In this document: in pieces, positions 57,918-64,000 of the stretch
Layout: every line of letters begins with the position of its first letter
Numbering within the stretch: the first letter of the stretch is position 1
Assembly: GCA_033442325.1 (NCBI GenBank)
Contig: JAWQFM010000005.1
Coordinates: 1,071,058-1,135,057, forward strand
Source of the DNA: Salpingoeca rosetta
Taxonomy: Eukaryota; Protista; Choanoflagellata
Length of the DNA: 64,000 bases
Direction: 5' to 3'
The notes under the pieces: model-generated
What the model was told of the DNA's origin: nothing
Databases searched by the model: none
Seen by the model: only the letters and a program-made list of their open reading frames with translations
Translations under genes and position numbers: made by a program

Positions 57918-58706
57918 AGTGGAACACGTTTCCGTCCTTGTGTTGGCGACAATGCGTGTGTGCTCTTGGCATGCACGCTACAAAGAGACCGTGATTGTAA
58001 CATGCTCCACACATACATACGCCCAACTACCCTTCTTCCCAACGTGTTTGTTGACTTTCCGTACTCCGGTCTCCCGTGGCGGCGCACACAGTCTTGCCGT
58101 GCTTACGTTGCGTTTACATTAGAACTTGCTTTGTTGACCTTCCCATTCCTCCCATCTTGTATCCAATTGCGCGTTGTAGCGCGTTGTGTTGTCGGCTTGG
58201 CACACTTTTCCAGCCAACCATCTCCTTATTTGCCCCATCCCCCATGTTATCTTGCTGCACTGGGCTGCTTTGCATCTGTGTGCTGCTTCTTCCCTTGTCT
58301 TGGTGCTGTTGCGGTATCACCCTCGCTCACAGACGCAAGGGAACAAGCAACAAATACACCCTACGCGCGCTTACGCTTGCTTCATGCTGTTGCTGTATTG
58401 GTGGTGATGTGCTGTTCATCGTTGCAACGAACTGAATACGCACAGGGGTTGGTGGGCATGCGTGTCATGGTGTAACCACACAAGAATTGACGTGAATGCA
58501 AGCACAAACAAAAGCACGCACGCGCGCATATCAGAAGCACACAGGACAGACAAGTTACATATGCAGCCATTATGGATGGTCCTTGGGTATGTACAGTCGG
58601 TGGAGTTGGACAAGGCACGCACCTCATGAATCAAGGAGCGCAAAGAATACAGAATGAGCGCTGTTGACAAGCAAAAACGAAAAGGCACGTCTGAAAAATC
58701 AAATGG

Positions 58707-58771
<65 letters not shown>

Positions 58772-58779
58772 GGTGTCAG

Positions 58780-58945
58780 CTAGACCTTGCCAAACTCAAA
58801 CCAGTTCCCGGCATCTCTCGTTTTCCTGAGTAGAAAGAGCAAACACAATCAGCGTCAGAGCAGCGACTGGCAAGGCAGGCATAGATGTTGGAGAAGACGC
58901 ATTTGCGTGTATGTGGGTGTGTGTTCGTACACGTGTGCGTGTGTG

Positions 58946-58985
<40 letters not shown>

Positions 58986-59094
58986 TGTGTGTGCTTGTGT
59001 GTGAGGGTGATGTGCACCACTCACGATCGAGATCTGCTGGGGCCGTGTGGATGAGAGGAGCTCGAGCGACGGCGGTCGCCTACCAACACCGAAT

Positions 59095-59142
<48 letters not shown>

Positions 59143-62100
59143 ATATGCAGTGTGCAGTGAGTTGCTGTTCACCGTCGAGGACGAGAGAAGTTCGCAAGTA
59201 CGAGAGACGTTCGCGAGCACACGATACAAGGGCAGGTGCCGGACCTTTGTCTGAGGGCATCAAGGTGGAGTGGGACGAGTTTGAGGAGCGCAGAAGCGAT
59301 GATGGTCCAATGGACTGGCGGCGTCCACTTTCGTCGTTCCTGCACTCACTCAAACACACACACACACACACACACGCACGCACACACACACATACACATA
59401 CAAATACACACACACATGCAGCTTTGGGTCAGAGGATCGTCATGTGAACAGGCCAAGTAAGCAGTTTATCATGACTGGTCTCTTTGTGCAAAAACTGGGA
59501 GACATACCGGTTTCGCTGCTTGGAGTTATGGAGGGAAGGCAGTGATTTGGAAAGGAGCGTTTGACAGGGAGATGTGGATGAGCAAATGGCGACGGGGTGC
59601 GCAGAGCAGACTCACAGGGCAGAGATGTTTACACATACGCAAACAAACAAACAAACAAACAAACAAACAAACAAACAAACAAACAAACAAACAAACAAAC
59701 AAACAAACAAACAAACAAACAAACAAACAAACAAACAACAAACAAACAAACAAACAAACAAACAAACAAACAAACAAACAACAAACAAACAAACAAACAC
59801 ACGTAGACATATGCAGTGACAATGTCCGTGCAAACCTGTGTGGACGAAGGATCCAGCACGGACGCTGCGGTAGACGAGAGCGAGCGTGTGTAGAGCCCAC
59901 GTGGAGAACTGGACGCCCGCAATTCGTCCGCAGCGGAGGTTGACATGTGCAGTCCCCGCTTGTGCTTAATCTGGCAGAACACGATGCGTGGCACCAACCG
60001 AAGCGAAGTGAGGTGTGCATGACATTCCCACAATTCGCGCAGAAACACACACACACGCACACACACACGCGCGCGCGCGCACGCAGACACCAGTAAAGCA
60101 CGCGCCAGCTCAACTCAAACACGAGACACTCAGTACAACCACCACCACATCGACAAGACAGCGCTGTCCCCACCTGCACGCCGCGTCGGGAGGCGCCGCT
60201 GATTGAAGAGCGCCACGTGCGCGAGAACGGCACTTCGCCCTCCAGCGCTGCACCAGACGCAGATGATGACAGCTTGCTAGCGCCGCTACCACCACCGCCG
60301 CCGGCACTGACACCGCTGCCACGCGAGGAGGATGGTGTCTTCTTGCGGCGAGAGCGCGATGGCGTGTGTTCGTCCGCTTCGCCGCCATCACCACGGCCGG
60401 CGTCGCTGCTGCGAGACGCGTGCGTGTGTCTTCGTCGGTCCCCGCGATCACGGCTGCGGTGTGACGGTGACTTGCGCGTGCGCTCTCCACTGCGATGGCG
60501 CTGCCTGCGTCCGTCACCATCCGTCGGCTTTGCGCCCGTGTACGCGCGGCTGCGGCCTTTCCCCATCGGGAAGGTGGCGTCCAGGGCCGGTGCGCCGGAA
60601 AACGACGCCGACAGCGCCGAGGACGATGGCGTCATCACGGACGTGTGTGTCACATCGTCCATGCCAACTTCGGGTGCAGTGGACGGACGATCCGCGCCAA
60701 TGAACACGTCCAGCGCTGTCCTTGCGCGTGTTCGGAAGCTGCTGTTTGACCCAATGCTCTGGTTAAGGGCGCTTCCACTCGTCGCCATATGCTGCTGGTG
60801 GTGGCCATTGGACATGGCCGGGAGCTCCCCTTGCGGCTGCTGTTGTGGCTGTGGTTGTGATTCTTGTGGTTGTGGTTGTTGAAACACCTCCTGTACGTCT
60901 TGCGCGTGCAGCTCCTCTTGTTGTTGCAGCTGCGCTTGTTCCTGTAGGAATTCGTTTACCGTCTGCACATCGCTCGAGTCCCGACTGTGCGTTTGATGGT
61001 GCGCGCGACCAGCGTCACTGCGGTGCATCGTGTCAGCGCGCGCGCGTGTTTTTGCTGCCCCCGCCACATCCTCCATGCTGTGTTTGTACAGCTCCGGGTC
61101 CGAGGTTGAGATGTCGCCGCTGTCTGCGATGGAGGAGCGCTTTGCAATCATCACCGGCGACGCGTTGGCCGTGGACGACCCGCTCTCGTCCCCGCCGCTG
61201 CAGACGGACGGACGGACGGACGGACGGAGGAGGAGGAGGAGGAAAGTGAAGGGAAGGAGGCGAGGGAGTCGTAGTTGGGGATGGAGAGGTGGAAAGAAAA
61301 GCAAAAAGAAGGAAAGGGGGGGGGAGATGTTGCGAACAGGAAACGTGAACGAGTTAAGGAGTGAGTGAGTGAGTGAGTGAGGGTACAAATGAAGGAAGCA
61401 AGAACACAAGACAAGGCAGACAGTTATAGACATTGCAGCGAAGGCACTCCATCGTCAGCATGCGACAAAATGTACTTGTGGAGATCAGGGGAGCGCGTCG
61501 ATGGGGCTGGATCTGGTGTGGTTGAACCGCCACTCTTGCCCTGCAAACACAGCCAGCGCAGTGAGTGCAGTGCATACAGACATTGTGGAAACAACGCACG
61601 TCACGTGCGCCTCTCAAATAGAAAGAAGCAAGCTGCGCACGTGCAAGCACAACCAAACAAAGCAAGCAAGGCACAAACAAACAAACAGAACAACAAAACA
61701 AACAAACAAACAAACAAACAAAAACAAACAAACAAACAAACAGAACAGAACAGAACAGAACAGAACAGCAAAACAAACGCACAGGCCACCTTCTTTTTGA
61801 AGAATCGAAAGAGCTTCTTCTTGCTTCGGGCCTGTTCCAGTTCATCCGTCAACGCCTCGCGCTCCTTTGTCCAGTTGTGCACCTGCTGTCGCAACTCTTC
61901 CTCCTTGTCCTTCAGCTGCGTGGTGCTCTGCAGTGACTTCACAAGCAGGTCTTGGTTTTGCTTCAGCAAGCTGTTAAGTTTCTCCACGTATGACGCGTTC
62001 TCTGCCTCCAAACTGGCCTTGATCTTCGTCAGCAGCTTCACTTTGTCCTGCTGCTTCAACTCCGCCGCGCGATGCTTGTGTGCTTCCCGCTCTGTGCGTG

Positions 62101-64000
62101 TGTGTGTGCGTGTGTGTTGGCGGGGGGGGGGAGGTCGGGTGAGTGTGTACGTGGGTGAATGAATGGATGTCCAATTTCGAATGCGCTTGCGTGAGCGTTG
62201 GGATTTGACGTTCGCCTCACAAGCAAGGTCACACGTGACCGGAACGGCAGCTGTCCATCACGTACCGAGTGTGCGCGCCTGTCGTCGCAACTTGTCGCAT
62301 TCGCTCACAAGCATCTCATTCTGCAGCAAACAGCACCCAACAAGAGTACATTTGCGTGAGCGTGGATGATCAGAAAGGGCATCAAGCGAAGCATGGTAGT
62401 CTACACACACACACACAGACATACACACACGCACACACACACGCACGCACACACACCGCACACTACAGGTCGCCTAATCAACAGACCCTGCTCACCATGT
62501 TGCTGATGTTGTCTAGTTTCTCGCGAAGACCAACAACCTCGTTCCTGTCATTGAGGAAACGCGTGGGCACAAGTGATGTGACATGTGATGGCACGCGTGT
62601 CGTGCGAGTGTGAGTCATGACGCGTTCATTCCACAAATTCCCATCATGAACAAAGAAGACGCGAGCGCGCCAAACACACATAAACACATACATGCACACG
62701 CACACACACATACACACACAGACACACGCGCGCACACAGAGGCACACACGTGTCTGATGATGTTGCGCGTGCTGCCTCGAGGGACTGCTTGAGCATGCTG
62801 TTCTCGCTCTTCAGTGCACTCAGTTCTGCTTGCAACAGCGACACGGCCGACACAGGTGACGACTGCTCGCTTGCGCCATCCTGCAGTGGTGGTTGAGATC
62901 GGGAGGTGGAGATGTTGCGTGCAGTGCGATGAAGACAGGTGGTGAGCGTGCATGTAGTGGCGAGGAACATCAACACGGCGCAACGCAACAGCAACGTGAG
63001 ATGAACCGATTTGTGCGGATTATTCAGCACACGCACACGAAGATTGAACAACAACAAACAACAACAACAACAGCAACAACAAACAACAAGGACAAGTGGC
63101 GCGTACGAATGCGAATTGGGAGGAAGATTTGGTGGCGCGGTCTGTCTGCGAGACGAGGGGACTGCCGGTTGCGCTTGAGAGCTTGCTGGATGACGGGGCA
63201 CGACGCGTGGCGAGCGGCGAGCTGTCTCGTCGGCTGGCAGCAGAGCGCAACAGCTCAATGTGCCGCTTCGCAAGCGCCATGTCCTGCACCATCGTGGCGA
63301 GGGGCGGTGGTGGGCACACGAGAGCATGTGGTATCAGCCGTGGTGGTTCACAACGACGACGACGACGACGAGGAGGAGGAGGAGGAGGAGGAGGAGGAGG
63401 AGGAGGAGGACGAGGAGGAGGACGAGAAAGAGGAGGTGAAGAAGAACGAGGAGGAGGAGGAGGAGGAGGAGGAGGAGGAGGAGGAGGAGGAGGAGGAGGA
63501 GGAGGAGGAGGAGGAGGAGGAGGAGAAAGAAGAAGAGAAGGAATGTACGCGCACACACACGCAGACACACGCAGTAGGGCGTGCGCACCTGCTTGAGCTG
63601 TTCGTTGTGTTCTGTTGCCTCCTTGAGCCGCGCCTCCAGCGTCTTGATGCGCCCGTCCTTAAGTCGAACACCGCGCTCAAACACATCCCCTGTCACCACG
63701 TGTTCGCATTGAGGGGGGGGGGGGCGTGGTGGCATGCGCAATGAGCAATGTGCATGCAGGTGAGCGGGATTGCGCGCATATGCGTGTGTATGAAGCACGA
63801 ACGTATGAATGTCTTCTTGTGGGCGGGTGGTGCCTGCGGTTTGCTTCGTCGCAATGCACTGTGCAGTAGTTGTCTCCACCACCACCACTACCACCATTGT
63901 CACCATCGTCATCGTTGTGCGTACCAAGCTTCTTCTCGATGCTGAGCGGGGAGGCAGAGGCCGCGTTCGACTTGAGTGACGCCACCTGCTCCTGCAATGA
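58780..64000 (-). CDS. CCDC88: Girdin/Daple (CCDC88, Hook-related) family protein, 3' part; 5' end lies outside the window
   Basis: Coiled-coil exons end in [40 protein letters not shown]...[10 protein letters not shown]...[11 protein letters not shown] (62091-61790), matching recalled Girdin [39 protein letters not shown]...RRQKEKLEEKI. A disordered tail follows, with exons 61540-61476, 61197-60174, 59970-59836, 59515/59518-59508, 59339-59173 (or 59245), 59079-59025 and 58825-58780, ending [11 protein letters not shown]-stop. Confidence 0.82.
59640..59798. repeat. (AAAC)n tetranucleotide microsatellite, intronic
   Basis: About 39 AAAC units with two single-base slips, in the intron preceding the 8/11-nt microexon of the CCDC88 gene. 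Confidence 0.9.
63354..63525. repeat. (GAC)n/(GAG)n trinucleotide tract, probably intronic
   Basis: Lies between the CCDC88 exon ending ...NEQLKQ|gtgcgc (~63588) and the next exon (~63337 or below). Confidence 0.75.

Noticed and set aside
63020-63744. Poly-E, poly-P and poly-G ORFs, including an apparent formin-like polyproline
   Set aside because: All derive from one (GAG)n tract that most likely lies in a CCDC88 intron.

Overview
Intron-dense, GC-rich eukaryotic DNA with (CA/TG)n microsatellites in most introns. Style and gene content point to a choanoflagellate, most likely Salpingoeca rosetta (inference). The six-frame ORF track is mostly uninformative, so I rebuilt genes by hand from GT-AG splice sites and reading phase. 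Eight protein-coding genes emerge: (1) a very large secreted protein (minus, 11441 to beyond base 1) with signal peptide, EGF-like and TNFR-like Cys repeats, coiled coil, furin-type sites, hydrophobic heptad helices and an Ig domain, carrying a frameshifting 47-nt tandem duplication; (2) dihydroxyacetone kinase/triokinase-FMN cyclase with an N-terminal hydrophobic extension and a probable GC-AG intron; (3) an ankyrin-repeat plus SAM-like protein; (4) a small coiled-coil protein ending in a PPGG motif; (5) an ARMH1 homologue; (6) HEATR5, divergent from (7) a DAAM-type formin; and (8) converging on it, the 3' part of a Girdin/Daple (CCDC88) homologue. The most notable result is in gene 8: once spliced it has both a GBA-like G-alpha-i-activating motif ([12 protein letters not shown]) and a Daple-like C-terminal PDZ-binding tail (NWFEFGKV-stop), and it lies tail-to-tail with DAAM. 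No RNA genes, CRISPR arrays or transposons were recognised. All homology calls are from recalled sequences, not database searches.
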